Source: Callorhinchus milii
Taxonomy: Eukaryota
Assembly: GCF_018977255.1 (NCBI RefSeq)
Contig: NW_024704742.1
Span: forward strand, 127,536,001-127,600,000
Reading direction: 5' to 3'
Length of the DNA stretch: 64,000 nucleotides
Translations under genes and position numbers: made by a program
The notes under the pieces: generated by a model
The model's database searches: none
The model's input: only the letters and a program-made list of their open reading frames with translations
What the model was told of the DNA's origin: nothing
Shown here: one piece after another, positions 38,130 to 51,093 of the stretch
How the letters are laid out: every line of letters starts with the position of its first letter
How positions within the stretch are numbered: the stretch's first letter is position 1

Positions 38130-38900
38130 CGACCTGAAATCACTGAAGATTTTCAGCAGCTGCCACTGTTGCTATAGCCATTAGTGACTGCTACTGTCAT
38201 TTGCAACTGTATAGTATGGAACTTAAGCTCCACGCCTGAGTTGGTGAAGGCCATATTTTCTTTCAAGTCCTAGAGTGCGTAAGAAACATTTTAAGGCAAG
38301 GAGTGCTTATTCCTGGCAACTTAACAGTTTTTAAAATAATCCATACAACCTGGCTGCTTGGTTGGTAGCAAGTCAGATTTTGATCAAATTCATTCAGCTA
38401 TGAGTCAAGGGCTTAGACTGTTGTTTAGTCCTTGAACAAAGTGAACTTGTAGCACCAGTCCTGTAATCCGATGGACTAGTATTCATACAATGGTTCAAAT
38501 AAAATAAAAATAAATAATCTTTACATTTGATATAGCGCTTTTAACATCAGGAAGACATCTCAAAGCATGTCACTGGATTTATTGTGCAGAATGTAGTGAC
38601 TGTGTATTTTGTAGGCAAACACATATAAATCTATTTGATATTACAGATTCAGAGAAGCACTTAATGTTCACAACCTTGACTTTTCTCCAGTTTCAGTTTG
38701 TATATTCTCAGTTTCTTAACATAAGAAGCAATCTACTGTTTGTGTGACTCTGTACCTTTGTGTCCTTATAGATTTTTCCAGTAACCTATCGAAATTAATT
38801 TAAAACAAACGTATAAAAAAAAGAAACCCAGGGCCTTTAAGTGCTTTGGTGAAATATTTTCCTCCAAGGGATGCTCTCACTGTATTTATCATACAGCATG
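38130..38900 (+). pseudogene. LRR relic fragments
   Basis: ITEDFQQLPLL, LVFIQWF, VHNLDFS, PRAFKCF, LSLYLSYSML. Confidence 0.4.
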
Positions 38901-39329
38901 TTGTTTGTGTAGTACTGAAGTGCTTGTATTGAGTTACAGAAAAGTGGTTTCCAGATGTGGGAAAGACAGACCATGATTACACACAGAGGCCACTTCCAGC
39001 TGATGTTGGAATCATGCCATTGCCAGCTTGGAGCGTAAGCTTGCAGTAATTCAAGAGTAAGGAGCAAAAGCTAATAACACTGTAAGACAAATGTCTTGCA
39101 TTAGAATGTCAAAAGGAAAAGTCACCCAATAATTTTAATAATTGTCTCATATTCATTACCTTTAGAGAAAGGTTGAATCCCATGTGAACTTATACTACCT
39201 TATTATTTGTAATTTGTATAATGTGAGTTTGCAAAGTAATTGTTCTGATACACTGCAAGTATGTTTGAATTTCCCCAAATATTTCAAAGTTAACTGTTAA
39301 TCAGAAACAGTTTGGTGCAGAGTAACTTT

Positions 39330-40290
39330 TACTGCTGGTTATGTTTATTATCCCTGGGATTCTATTCATCCTCTTTAACCAGATGGTTAATATCAAGGTG
39401 GAATTTTTTTCGAATGTTAACACTGTGGGTTGCTTTTTTCTGAAACAATCGTTAACTCCTTTAATGTCACCTCCTTATAGGATTTAATTTACTTTAGTAA
39501 TAATATAATATAATCCTTGCATTTGATATAGTGCCTTATCACGTCTTTGAGATGTCTCAAAGCACTTCACAGGATATAGTGTAAAGTGAATTGACTATAA
39601 TTTTGTGGGAGAAATGAGGCAGCAAATTGCGTACAGCAGTGTTCCACAAACAGTCGTGGATATAATGACCACATTATTATTTTTTTATTTTTGAAGGGAT
39701 TATTACTCCTGGGAAAGTGATCCGCCAATCAACTAACAACCAGGTTTTTGCCTACTACTAGGTAAACAGAGGTGTGCGGAATAAGGAAACTTGCCTAAGG
39801 TTTCGCCCTACCTTTAGCACACATTAGCACAAATGTACTAAATGCTAACATACTTTCTTGTCTATAATATATTCAAAATGTAAAGATTATCAAGTGAATA
39901 AGAGATTTCAAACTCTTTCCAAAAGTACAGATAAAATCTATTGAATAATCTGGCATGTATCTAGCTATCTAAAAGGACATAGATGTAAAAGGACAAACCT
40001 GAAAGCTGGAACTGACTGTTATGTTGACATTGAAATGCCAGTTAGCAATGTCATTAATGCTTTTTCAGGATCCAATTTGTAATCTGAGAGGCAGTAGGTT
40101 ATCTCATATAATGCTCAACTAACGTCAGGGTTATGTGATATGTATTTCTGTTTTGATACAATAAAAAATGCCAATATTTATTTATGCAGAATGTGCTTCC
40201 TCTCAGACAAATGATACGGATCCTAGAATGGAAAATATATTGCTGTGGGTTCAAGATAATGGCTAAAAAGTAGCTGTAGATTGCAATGCT
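39330..40290 (+). pseudogene. TLR3-like TM and TIR relic, split by a SINE
   Basis: LLVMFIIPGILFILF..KVEFFSNV (compare RISFYWNV). After the SINE: KDYQV, LKAG, MLFQDPIC (40057; compare LLKDPLC), NVLPLRQMIRILEW and NILLW. Confidence 0.65.
39505..39810 (-). mobile_element. tRNA/Deu SINE, long form, 5'-truncated
   Basis: Family match. Confidence 0.9.
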
Positions 40291-40351
40291 TCTTTTGAGA
40301 GGGATAGTGCGGCAGATTATTTATATACACACATACACACATCTATATCTA

Positions 40352-40637
40352 TAATAATAATCCTTACTTTTGATATATAGCGCTTTTCACGTCTTCTAGT
40401 GAATTGACTGTATATTTGTGGGTGAAACAAAGCAGCTAATTGCGCACAGCAGTGTCCCACAAACAGTCGTAGATTGAGTGATCAAATTATTATTTTATTT
40501 ATTTATCTTTTTCTTGAGGGATTATTATCAGGCGTGTATAGTAAGGAAATTTGCCCAAGGTTTTGCCCTGCTGGGAATCAAACCCAGATCTCTCGTTTGT
40601 GAGGCGAGTGTTCTAACCACTGAGCTACAGGACTCCA
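40352..40637 (-). mobile_element. tRNA/Deu SINE, short form
   Basis: Family match ending gagctacaggactcc. Confidence 0.9.
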
Positions 40638-40779
40638 TAGATATATATGTTGTGTGGACTGGAAGAAACCGTCAGCCAGAAAAGTGAATATATTCATTTT
40701 TAAAAACATTCGACAACCACAATATCTCTAAAAATTCCTATCTGCTACTTGATACTGACTAGTTTTTAACACATTGAAA

Positions 40780-41170
40780 AGATACCCTTGAGTCTGACTG
40801 TTACATAAAATAGCTCTTGCCAGTTATTCTCTGAGTATTCCATTATGTTTTCTTTCCTGGCTATTTATCTCATTTTAAAATAAATACAAATAAGAATGTG
40901 CAAAAACCTCAATGCAATATTTATTATATATACTGGATGGTAAAATTCTTTTGTAGCATAATGCGGATGGAAGATTCAGCTCAGATACAAATCTTATCAG
41001 AGGCTGTTTGCCTATACAATGGCAGCAATTTACTTATGATATACTGTGCCATGAAGGAAGTTGCTATCCACATCTTAGGCAGCAATTAATAAGACAAGAA
41101 GCAAATTCAAGCAAATCCAAATGGAATCCATCTATTAAGTTGCTCTATTTATATCTATTGTGTGCTTTTG
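40780..41170 (+). pseudogene. TM and TIR-start relic
   Basis: ESDCYI, hydrophobic run, NIYYIYWMVK, QQFTYDIL..LRQQLI..PSIKLLYL. Confidence 0.5.
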
Positions 41171-41325
41171 ATTGCATTTTCAGTCGATAAAATAATATTT
41201 TGCATTTGACATAGCATCATATTGTGTCAAAACATCTCAAAGTTCTTTATGGAGTGAATTTAGTTGTAGGCAATCGTGGCAGCGCTTCACAGGATTTACG
41301 ATGAAAGTGTATTTATTTGTAATAA

Positions 41326-41510
41326 AACATGGATGTATTTAAGGGAAAGCTAGATAAGTACATGAGGGAGAAAGGAATAGAAGGTTATGCTTGAAGGCTT
41401 AGTTGAGGAAGGGCAGGAGGAGACTCATGTGGAGCATAAACACCGACATAGACCAGTTGGGCCGAATGGCCTGTTTCGGTGCTGTATATTCTAATGTATT
41501 CTAATGTATG
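41326..41510 (+). mobile_element. CR1-type 3' tail
   Basis: tttaagggaaagctagataagtac..gggccgaatggcctgttt..(ttctaatgta)2. Confidence 0.8.
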
Positions 41511-42142
41511 GCAGCCAGTTTGGACACAGCAATATCTTAAAAAACCATGAATGAACGTTTTTTTTTAATCTGAGGTATTGTTGGCCAGGACACTCTCCTC
41601 TCCTCTTTACTTTTCAGATAGTGGCATGGGATATGAATGTGGTGCTGTGGGTTCATTGAATTGTTGGAGATGCTATCCTTTGGATGAGATGTTAAACTGA
41701 GGTCCTGTCTGCCTTTGGTCTCCCTCCCACCTCTCTGCCTTCCCTCACCCCTGCACCACCCCTCCCCCATACTCGGGCCCCAACATCTGACTGTTCAGCG
41801 CTTTGGGACGTCCTCCCGACGTGAAAGGCTCTCTATAAATGTAAAATGTAGTTTTGTTGTTGTTGTTGTTTCAGTTGGACATTAAAGATTCCATGGTGTC
41901 ACTTGAAAAGAAAAATGAATTTCTCTTGTTCTCTAGGCCAGCCTTATCTCCCAGATAGAATTGATTATTCTCTTTATGGTTGTTCGTGAAAGATTGCTGT
42001 GCAAATTGGCTGCTACATTCTACAAAATACTGTATCGTCATTGCAGTTCCTAGTAAATCCTGTTAAGAGCTTTGAGACATTCTGCCAACTTGAAAGGTAT
42101 TATATGAAATGCAGAAATTACTATTATTATTATTAGATTATT

Positions 42143-42440
42143 ATGTCCATAGTCATCTGCTGTATTTTCAGAGTGGAATGTGTTGAGTCACAAGATATCC
42201 ACGAGCCACTTTGGCTTAACTGTGTTTTTTTTCCAATGAAATTATGTTGTCCCTGTATCCATAGTCCAACACGCAGTACAGTTCCCAGCAATTTCAAACA
42301 CAAAACAGTAGTGATATTAGTGCTCTGACTTCTGGTTTGCAAATATTCCTTTTTTGATCCTAAAACAGCATTGTCCTCAGCTCAGAAGAGCATCTCTTAC
42401 TGCACCAGTGTAATATTTCCATCCAAGATACCAACTATTT
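42143..42440 (+). pseudogene. Signal/LRRNT and first-LRR relic
   Basis: CPCIHSPTRSTVPSNFKHKTVVILVL (ORF 42143..42328), EHLLLHQCNISIQD. Confidence 0.45.
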
Positions 42441-42449
42441 GTTGTCGCC

Positions 42450-42665
42450 TCGCTGACTGAGAGTGCCAATTGAATACTAATTAGTGTCAATTTATGGGTA
42501 GGTTCTCTCTGTGCACTCACATCTTCCAAAAACTGGTTGAATCCGTTTCAATTAATTTAGCTGTGGATACTTATAGCTGGCAGAGAGAGAAGACATTTAT
42601 TCTATCCATCTCAGCTGGATGTGAGCCCAGATCATGGATCTGAAAGGATAATCTTCTAACCATTG
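42450..42665 (-). mobile_element. Ancient SINE fragment (LF-SINE-like)
   Basis: Minus strand has a tRNA-like head, gtcttctctctgccagctataag and cccataaattgacactaatt..ggcactctcagtcag; recognised from memory. Confidence 0.5.
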
Positions 42666-42845
42666 TCCTACCCAGAATCCGACCACATAGACTGTAAATA
42701 TTCACAAAAATGGCTAATTTTGTGTACCTAGTTTCTCTGTGTGTAAAATCTATTGTACCAACAATAGTCTGCCTATAAAAAACAGTTACTACACGTGGCA
42801 CTAATAATTATGAAGCACTTTGAGATGTTTCAGCTTCATATAGGT

Positions 42846-43118
42846 GGAGTCCTGTAGGTCAGTGGTTAGAGCACTCGCTTTGCAAGCGAGAGACCTGAGT
42901 TCAATTCCAGGCAGGGCGAAACCTTGGGCAAGTTTCCTTACTCCACACAGAGCCTAATAATAATCCCTCCAAAACCAAAAACAATAATAAAATTGGTCAT
43001 TTTCAATCCACGACTGTTTGTGGGACATTGCTGTGCGCAATTGGCTACCGCGTTAGCCCACAAATATACAGTCAATTCACTTTACAGTATATTCTGTGAA
43101 GCGCTTTGGGATGTCCTC
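42846..43118 (+). mobile_element. tRNA/Deu SINE, short form, young
   Basis: Near-identical to 31337 and 48020. Confidence 0.95.
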
Positions 43119-43475
43119 ATCATTATTATTATAATAATAAACACATGTTCTTGCTTTCTTCCTTGCTTTTGGTTAATTGTGCTGTGTTATGCTTGTGTAT
43201 TTTTCAAACTGATTCACATCTGGGTTAATTCTGCACCCGACAAGTTTCCTTTGTGAGTGTTTGTCATTGCTATTACCATCTCACCAAGCTGATCAGCTGC
43301 ATGTAAATTTCAGTTCCTCCAAAACCAAAATGTTCTCAATCCAAACTGGCATAAAAACATAATCAGAAAGATTCTTGATTTACGTTTCTCAACAGATTAC
43401 TATAGTGCAATGCTCAGTGGACAGGGATGAACTATCTAGATTGCAAATGACAAAATCTTTTTTCTGTGATATTGT

Positions 43476-43815
43476 GGAGTCCCATAGCGCAGCTCACCTC
43501 GCAAACGAGAGGACCCGGTTCGATTCCCCAGCAGAGTGAAACCTTAGGCAAGTTTCCTTACTCCACGCACTGTTTATTCAGCAGTAAGTAGAAACCCAGT
43601 TGTTAATCAATTGGCAGATTGCTTTCCGGGGGTAATAATCCTCAAAAAACATTTGGTCACTCAATCCACGACTGTTTGTGGGACACTGCTATGCGCAATT
43701 GGCTACTGCATTTCACCCGCAAAATATACAGTCAAACCACTTAACAATATATTCTGTGAAGTGCTTTAAAACATCTCAATGCCATGATATCAAATGCAAG
43801 GATTATTTTTATTAT
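43476..43815 (+). mobile_element. tRNA/Deu SINE, long form
   Basis: Family match. Confidence 0.88.
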
Positions 43816-44419
43816 TAATGTTTACTATCTGCAATAATTTGAAATAAATATCTCTTGATATATAATGCAAATGTTTTCATAGCACAAAGTGTCCAGAATC
43901 ATATAAAAATTATAACATATAAACAGAGATCGAACCTATGCTGGTGCTTGCCCCTGCACCATACCCAAACTAATCCCAAACTCCCTACCTTTCCCTGCAC
44001 TCTTGTATTCTTCCTCTTCCTACCAATTTGCATTTAAATGTTGTCATGGTCTTAAATGTTGCTGTTCAATAGCTACTTGTGGCAAAGCTTGGCATGTTCT
44101 AATAACCCTCTGTTTTTCTTAACCTCCTCTTAACTTGTCCAGTGATAGTCTTGAGTTCATGTCCCCTTGTTAATCGGAAGTCAGCAATGTTGGCAGCTTA
44201 AATCTTCAGGCTCAACCATTGTCCCAGAGTTGAAGGAAAAAGTTAAATTATTATTTTAATTTGGATGTTGCATGCATATTTAAGTGTTCCAAAATAATGC
44301 TTCTTTATTCAGATCCTTAGCTTACACAATGAGCATGATGGGTATATAATGAGTACAAATTCTCTTAACGTCAATCTTAGTGCAACATCCAGCAGACCTG
44401 CAGCTTGACCATCCGCTAA

Positions 44420-46000
44420 CATTTAGTGAATTTGATCTATTTCATGATTGTGTGGACACATTTTTCTGCACAATTTAACATGGGATGAATTACAAGGGCT
44501 GTCGAAAATGTATCCAAATTCATTTGTGTGGGAAACAGGCAGAGAGTGTATTTAAAAGAGTGCTATCTAATACCATCAGCATTATTTCCCTGTGATTTTC
44601 ACCACTAGACGTGCATCATAAATAGATTTTGAACCAACAGGTATCTTTTTCCAACCTGCTCCTAAAATGACCTGGATAAAATAAATAATAATCCTTGATT
44701 TTGATATAGCGCCTTATCACATCTTTGAGACGTCTCAAAGCGCTTCACAGAATATACTGTGAAGTGAATTGACCATATACTTGTTGGCGAAACGCGGCAG
44801 CCAATTGCGCACAGCAGTGTCCCACAAACAGTCGTGGATTGAGTGACCAGTTTATTATTTTTATTTTAAAAAAATGTTTTTGAAGGAATGAGATGGTATC
44901 AGGAGTATTGCGATTCACACCAAACAGATGAACGTGGCCACTGCACATAACAGTGACTACTTACATAGCACTTGAGATGTTTTGTTGTGACAAGATGCAA
45001 TGCATGCAAATTCTTCTCTTTTATATAGCAGATGGATCAGTACTCGCTCCCTCATAATGTATTGAATGTGGTCCACTGGTTGACTTGAGTGCTTTCAGCA
45101 CAATGTTTTCCATGTTATTAAAGATTTAGCCGCACGGTTGACTCTTTAATTATAAATCGAACATCTGAATTTGCTGAATGCTGAAATCAGAGTGTTTGGT
45201 TTTTCACTTCCTGATATACAACAGAAAGCATGAATCAGGCTCTCCTCTCTGTATCACTCTGGCTGAGTTAGAAACTCAGCTTTATTCTTGTTCAGTGTTG
45301 TGGTGCAACCATTTATTGACTGAGTATTTTTGTCATATCGACTTTGAGCTGGTTCCTCACTGGAGCTGTCATCACTGCTCAAGTACAATACAATTTACAT
45401 TGATACAGCAGCTTTCATGTAAGAATGTCTCAAAGTACCTATACAGCAAAGTGCTAGGCATCCAGCTGCGAAGGGGAAGCTGAAGTGGGCGGTGGGGGGA
45501 ATGTGATTGAAAGTGCAACCAAATACTTTCTTAAAGTTAGTTTCAAAAGTAGGGACAGAAGAGGAGAGGGAGTCATAGGGTCTCTGGAATGGATGGCAGG
45601 GGCAGATTGGCTAATGGCGATTGGCTGATGGTGGGGTGGATCGGGCAGATGACATGAAGCAGGCCAGTGCTCACTGAGTGGAGGGTGCAGCTGGATTTCA
45701 GAAGATCGTAAAGGATAAAGTGAGGCCTTGGAGGAATTTGAATGTGAGGAAGAAGATCTTGTATTTGATCTTCTGTGGGGATGTTATTACATCATGTATT
45801 AGGTACTCTACAATTTGTACTTTTGCCTTTCAATGGTGGACTGACTTATTCTGCTGTTTTTCAATACAGTTGGTTTCGGCACTTTTTCAGAAAATCACAG
45901 CTATGAGTTTTTTGAGAACAAGGTACTGAACTCCTTCAGGGTTACATCTCATTGGTCGTTGCTAAAAATCCTTTGGCACTATTAGAAAAGAGAAGATTCT
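44420..46000 (+). pseudogene. TLR3-like ectodomain relic (C-terminal LRRs in order), split by SINE and L2
   Basis: HNLTWDELQGLSK (44469), IFFQPAPKMTW (44643), FQHNVFHVIK (45093), IEHLNLLNAEI (45156), ICTFAFQWWTDL, ISLVVAKNPLALLEKRRF (45946). Confidence 0.65.
44686..44890 (-). mobile_element. tRNA/Deu SINE 3' part
   Basis: Family match. Confidence 0.88.
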
Positions 46001-46014
46001 AAAGGGGCAATGTA

Positions 46015-46472
46015 CAGACAATGTAGCTCCTGACAGGCTGTTTTAACTAATCCAAAATAGTAAAACCAGGGGATATAACTTGCATTTATATAGTGCCCTC
46101 CATGCAGGGTAGTGTCTCAGAGCACTGAACAATAATGGAGCCTAACTCTGAGCCGGTGGTGGGGAAGTAACCGTAAACACGGTCAAGAAGAAAAGTCGAA
46201 GAGATTGAAGTTGGGTAAATTCAGAATGAATCTACGGAACACTATTTCAGTAAGTGAATAGTAAACCTGTCCACCAGGTTTCCTTATGAGACAGTTGAAA
46301 CAAGAAATGTTGATTCCTTCAAACCCATAAGATAATTTTCTTTTAGGTAATAACATTATGGGATACAGTATATAGGTAACTTGGGACATATGTGCTTTGA
46401 CCGTCAGGAAGGTGGAAAGCGAACTAGATGGACCTTGGTCTTTTTTTTCTAGCATTTCTTATGTTATTATGT
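46015..46472 (+). mobile_element. CR1-type 3' end with an L2 tail (46077-46213, minus) inserted
   Basis: Matches 24455-24793 on both sides of the insert. Confidence 0.8.
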
Positions 46473-47592
46473 GAGAAGGAAGCATCTAAGGTGTGTGAAG
46501 CACTTTGAGACATTCTCCTGACTTGAAAGGCACTATTTAAATGTAAATTGTTGATGTTATAATCAGGTCATCAATGATGGCAGTTCCAGTGTTTAATCAG
46601 ACTTGGGAGAATACGACTCAGTGGGGATCACACAGAGATATATAAACTGTTAAACAGGGTTGAAAAAGTAAACCCAGATCAATAGGAACATAGGAACAGG
46701 AGGAGGCCGTTCAGCCCTTCGAGCCTGTTCCGCCATTTAATTAGATCATGGCTGATCTGTACCTCAACTAATCCTTTCAATTCCAATTTCCCGCTTTCTC
46801 CCCATATCCCTTAATACCCTGACCTACAAAAATCTATCAACCTCACTCTTGAAGGTGTGGATGGATCCAGCATCCACAGCCTTATGAGGGAGATAATTTC
46901 AGATTTCTACCACCCTTTGAGTGAAAAAATGTTTTCTGATTTCACTCTTAAATGGCCTGGTTCTAATTTTAAGACGCTACCCCCTTGTTTTGGATTCCTC
47001 CACTAAAGGAAATAGTTTTTCTGTATCTACCCTATCAAATCCCTTTATCATCTTAAATACCTGAATCAAATCACCCCTCAACCTTCTAAACTCAAGGGAA
47101 TACAATCCAAGTTTATGCAGCCTTTCCTCGTAACTTAACCCTTTAGGCCAATATATCTTTCCTGAGGTGTGGTGCCCAAAACTGAACCCAGTACTCCAGA
47201 TGAGGTTTGACTAACGCTCTATACAGCTGAAGCATCATTTCTTCCCCTTTGTATTCCAGGCAACATTCCATTCACCTTTTTGATTACTTTTTGCAGCTTG
47301 GAACTAGTTTTTAGTGATTTGTGGATATGGAATCTCTTTGCTCCTCCACAGTTCTTAATTTCTCCCCATTAAGCAAATATTCTGCTTTATCTTTTTTTGG
47401 TCCATAGTGGGTGACCTCACATTTCCCTAAATTGAATTCCATCTTCCACAGCTTTGCCCACTCACTTAACCTGTCTTACATTCCTTTGTAACTTCCTACT
47501 CCCATCTACACAACTTACTGAGCCTCCCCCAGCACAGACCCCAGGGGGACACCACCTTTCACGTCCTGCCAATCAGAGAATGTTCCCTTTAC

Positions 47593-47897
47593 TCCTTGCA
47601 TTTTGATATAGCGCTTTTCACGTCAGGAGGACGTCCCAAAGTGCTTCACAGAACACACTGTAAAGTGAATTGACTGTATATTTGTGGGCGAACGCGGTAG
47701 CCAATTGCGCACAGCAATGTCCCACAAACAGTCCTGGATTGAAAATGACCAATTTATTATTGTTTTTGGTTTTGGAGGGATTATTATTAGGCGTGTGGAG
47801 TAAGGAAACTTGCCCAAGGTTTCGCCCTCTGCCTGGAATTGAACTCAGGTCTCTCACTTGCAAAGCGAGTGCTCTAACCACTGAGCTACAGGACTCC
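47593..47897 (-). mobile_element. tRNA/Deu SINE, short form, young
   Basis: Near-perfect reverse complement of 48020-48340. Confidence 0.95.
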
Positions 47898-48019
47898 ACC
47901 CTGCTCTCTGTTTCCTGCCTCGCAACCATTTACCAAGCCACGTCACAAGGTTACCTCTGACTCCATGCGCTTCCACTTTCACTAATAATCTTTTGTGTGG
48001 AACCTTATCAAATGCCTTT

Positions 48020-48340
48020 GGAGTCCTGTAGCTCAGTGGTTAGAGCACTCGCTTTGCAAGTGAGAGACCTGAGTTCAATTCCAGGCAGGTCAGGGCGAAA
48101 CCTTGGGCAAGTTTCCTTACTCCACATGCCTAATAATAATCCCTCCAAAACCAAAAACAATAATAAATTGGTCATTTTCAATCCACGACTGTTTGTGGGA
48201 CATTGCTGTGCGCAATTGGCTGCCGCGTTCGCCCACAAATATACAGTCAATTCACTTTACAGTATATTCTGTGAAGCGCTTTGGGACGTCCTCCCGACGT
48301 GAAAAGCGCTATATCAAATGCAAGGATTATTATTATTATT
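48020..48340 (+). mobile_element. tRNA/Deu SINE, short form, young
   Basis: A box tagctcagtggtt, TGC anticodon-like loop, B box agttcaattcc, Deu domain, L2-like tail, (tta)n. Confidence 0.95.
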
Positions 48341-49964
48341 CTGAAAGTCCATACAAACGATATCCAAAACTCTCTTATCCATCATTTTAGTGACCTCCTC
48401 AAAAAGTTCAGCTGGATTAGTCAGACATGACCTACCCTTTACAAACCTATGCTGACTCTCTTTGACTAATTTATACCTCTCCAGATGTTCAGTCACTCTG
48501 TCCCTGATGATGGATTCCAGTATTTTCCCTACAACTGACGTTATGCTGACAGAACTGTAGTTTCCTGGTTTCTCCCTCCCTCCCCTCTTAAATAATGGGG
48601 CGACATTCGCAATTTTCAAATCTAAGGGCACAATTCACGAATCTAGTCAGCTTTGGAAAATTATGGACGAATGCATCTGCAATTTCCTCTCCTATTTCCT
48701 TTAACATCCTGGAGTGGAAACTATCAGATCCTGGAGATTTGTCTATCTTGAGTCTCATTATTTTCTCCATTTCCATTTTTTATTGATATTAATTTTATTA
48801 AGCATTTCTCTTTGACTTAATTTTAGATTCTCCTGTACGGTTGGTATTTTGTCCTCATCCTCTACTGTAAAAACGGTAACGAAGTATTTATTTAACAAGT
48901 CAACCATTTCCTTATTTTCCATTATAGTCTCACCTACATCTGTCTTTAATGACTGCACATTCCCCTTGACCATTCTCTTTCTTTTAATATATTTATATTA
49001 TTATATATACAGAAAAGCTTTTACTATTGGTTTTAATATCCTTTGCTAGTTTTTGTCATACTCCCTTTTTGCTCCTCTTATTACTTTCTTTGTATCCCTT
49101 TGTTGCCTTTTGTAGTTCTCCCAGTCCTCTGCATTCCCACTTTTTTTTGCATTTGAGTAAGCCTTTTCTTTTAGAATGATACAGACTCTAACCTCTTTTG
49201 TCCACCATGGTTGCTTAACTACACGATTGGAGCTTTTGCATTTGAGGGGTATGTACTTGTTCTGTATTGTATCAAATACTTTTTTGAATACTTCCCATTA
49301 TTCATCTCCGGGTTTACCCACTGACAGTTCAGCCCAGTTTACTGTGGTCAATATATTTCTCATCCCATTGACGTTTGCCTTACTTAAATTTAAAACCTTG
49401 GTTTGGAACTCTTCCTTCTCTCAAATCCAATGTCAAATTCAATCATATTATGATCACTATTTGCAAGATGTTCCCTTACTGTCAGATTGTTAACTAGCTC
49501 TGGTTCATTACTCATCACTAAATCCAATATGGCTTGTTCCCTTGTTGGTTCATATTGTTCCAAAAAACTATCCGGAATACATCCTAGAAATTTGTGGCCT
49601 TTACTACCTGAGGTGTCCTGCTTCTCCCAATCAATGTGAAAATTAAAATCTCCCATTATACTTACATTGCTTTTGCTTCATGCTTCCCTGATCTCTGTAT
49701 TTATACATTTCCCCACTACATCTCAATTCTCTGGAGGTCTGTAGACTACTCCCAACAAAGTCTTACCACCTTTGCTGTTGTTAATTCTACCTACAGTGTT
49801 TCCACTATCTGATCACGCTTACTGAAATCTTTCCTTTCCACTGCTGTAATAGTGTCTTTTATCAATATTGCTTCTCCTCCTCCTTTCCCAATGTCCCTGT
49901 CTTTTCTATGTTATCTTTATCACTATTTGTATTCTGACCATTGCTCTCATCTTCTCCTTACCTT

Positions 49965-50442
49965 ATGATCCTCATCCTCACCTACAAGGCTATTCACGGC
50001 CTTGCTCCCTCCTACCTCTCCAACCTACTATCCCCCTACCTACCTGCCCGTACCCTCCGTTCTTCTGGCTCTGGTCTGCTCCACGTCCCCCGCCCCAACC
50101 GCCCTACCATCGGTGGTCGGGCCTTCAGCCTCTCAGCCCCCAGGCTCTGGAACTCCATCCCCCAATGCCTTCGCCGCTTCCTCCCTTTCCTCCTTCAAGG
50201 CCGGTCTCAAAACCTTTCTCTTTGACCGTGCCTTCAGCTCCCCTCTCGACTCTCTTCACCCTCCTCGCCCCCTCCCTTCCCTCCCCTCACCCTGACCATT
50301 TCCCCCCTCCTTGCTCCCTCCCTTCCCTCACCCTGACCATTTCCCCCCTGCTCGGGTCATGACCCAACTGTGCAGCGCCTTGGGACGTCCTCCTGACGTG
50401 AAAGGCGCTTTATAAATGGAATCTTGTTGTTGTTGTTGTTGT
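49965..50442 (+). mobile_element. L2 3' end nested in CR1
   Basis: ILILTYKAIHGLAPSYLSNLL..GGRAFSLSAPRLWNSIP; (ttg)n tail. Confidence 0.93.
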
Positions 50443-50744
50443 TTAGGTTTCCACCCGACTCTCCCCCCCACTTACTGGTTTAAAGCTTTTTCTAAAGTCC
50501 TATTTATCCTTTTCACTAGTATCTTGGTCCCAGCCCTGTTCGAGTACAGCCCATCCCAGCAGCACAGCTCATTCCTTTCCCAGTACTGGTCCCATGAAAT
50601 GGAACCCATTATTCTCACACCACTCTTTCAGCCACACATTCATTTCCCTGATCTGTTTATCTCTAGGCCAATTTGCATGTGGCTCAGGTAACAATCCGGA
50701 GATTACCACCTTCGAGGTCCTGTTTTTTAATTTAATAATACTTT

Positions 50745-51093
50745 AATAATAATAATCCTTGCATTTAATATAACGCCTTATCACATCTTCGAGTTGTCTC
50801 AAAGTGCTTCACAGAATATATTGTAAAGTGAATTGACTATATTTTGTGGGTGAATCTTGGCAGCCAATTGCTCACAGCAGTGTCCCACAAACAGTTGTGG
50901 ATTGAGTGACCAATTTTTTTAAAAGAAATTATTACCCCCGACAAAGCGATCCGCCAATTGACTAACAATCTACTTACTGCTAGGTGAACAGAGGCATGTG
51001 GAATAAGGAAACTTGCCTAACGTTTCACTCTGCCTGGGAATCAAACCCAAATCCTACCAATTGCGAGGCGAGCGCTCTAACAACTAAGCTACA
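50745..51093 (-). mobile_element. tRNA/Deu SINE, long form
   Basis: Family match. Confidence 0.9.

Larger units (their letters stand above)
46683..50730 (-). mobile_element. Long CR1 LINE (ORF1 end, endonuclease, RT, 3' UTR), decayed
   Basis: MGDFNFHIDW (endonuclease), KSPGSD..LKIANVAPLFKRG..PGNY..SQHRFVKGRSCLTN (RT), 3' end taggaacataggaac. Hosts two SINEs and an L2. Confidence 0.95.

Noticed and set aside
48020..48095. tRNA-Ala gene
   Set aside because: The tRNA-like sequence is the head of a multi-copy SINE and has no proper acceptor stem.
42924..48390. Recurrent ORFs such as [16 protein letters not shown] and DCLWDIAVRNWLPR as a peptide family
   Set aside because: They are incidental translations of the SINE Deu domain.
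50268..50350. Tandem duplication and pyrimidine tract
   Set aside because: It is a local duplication within an L2 3' UTR.
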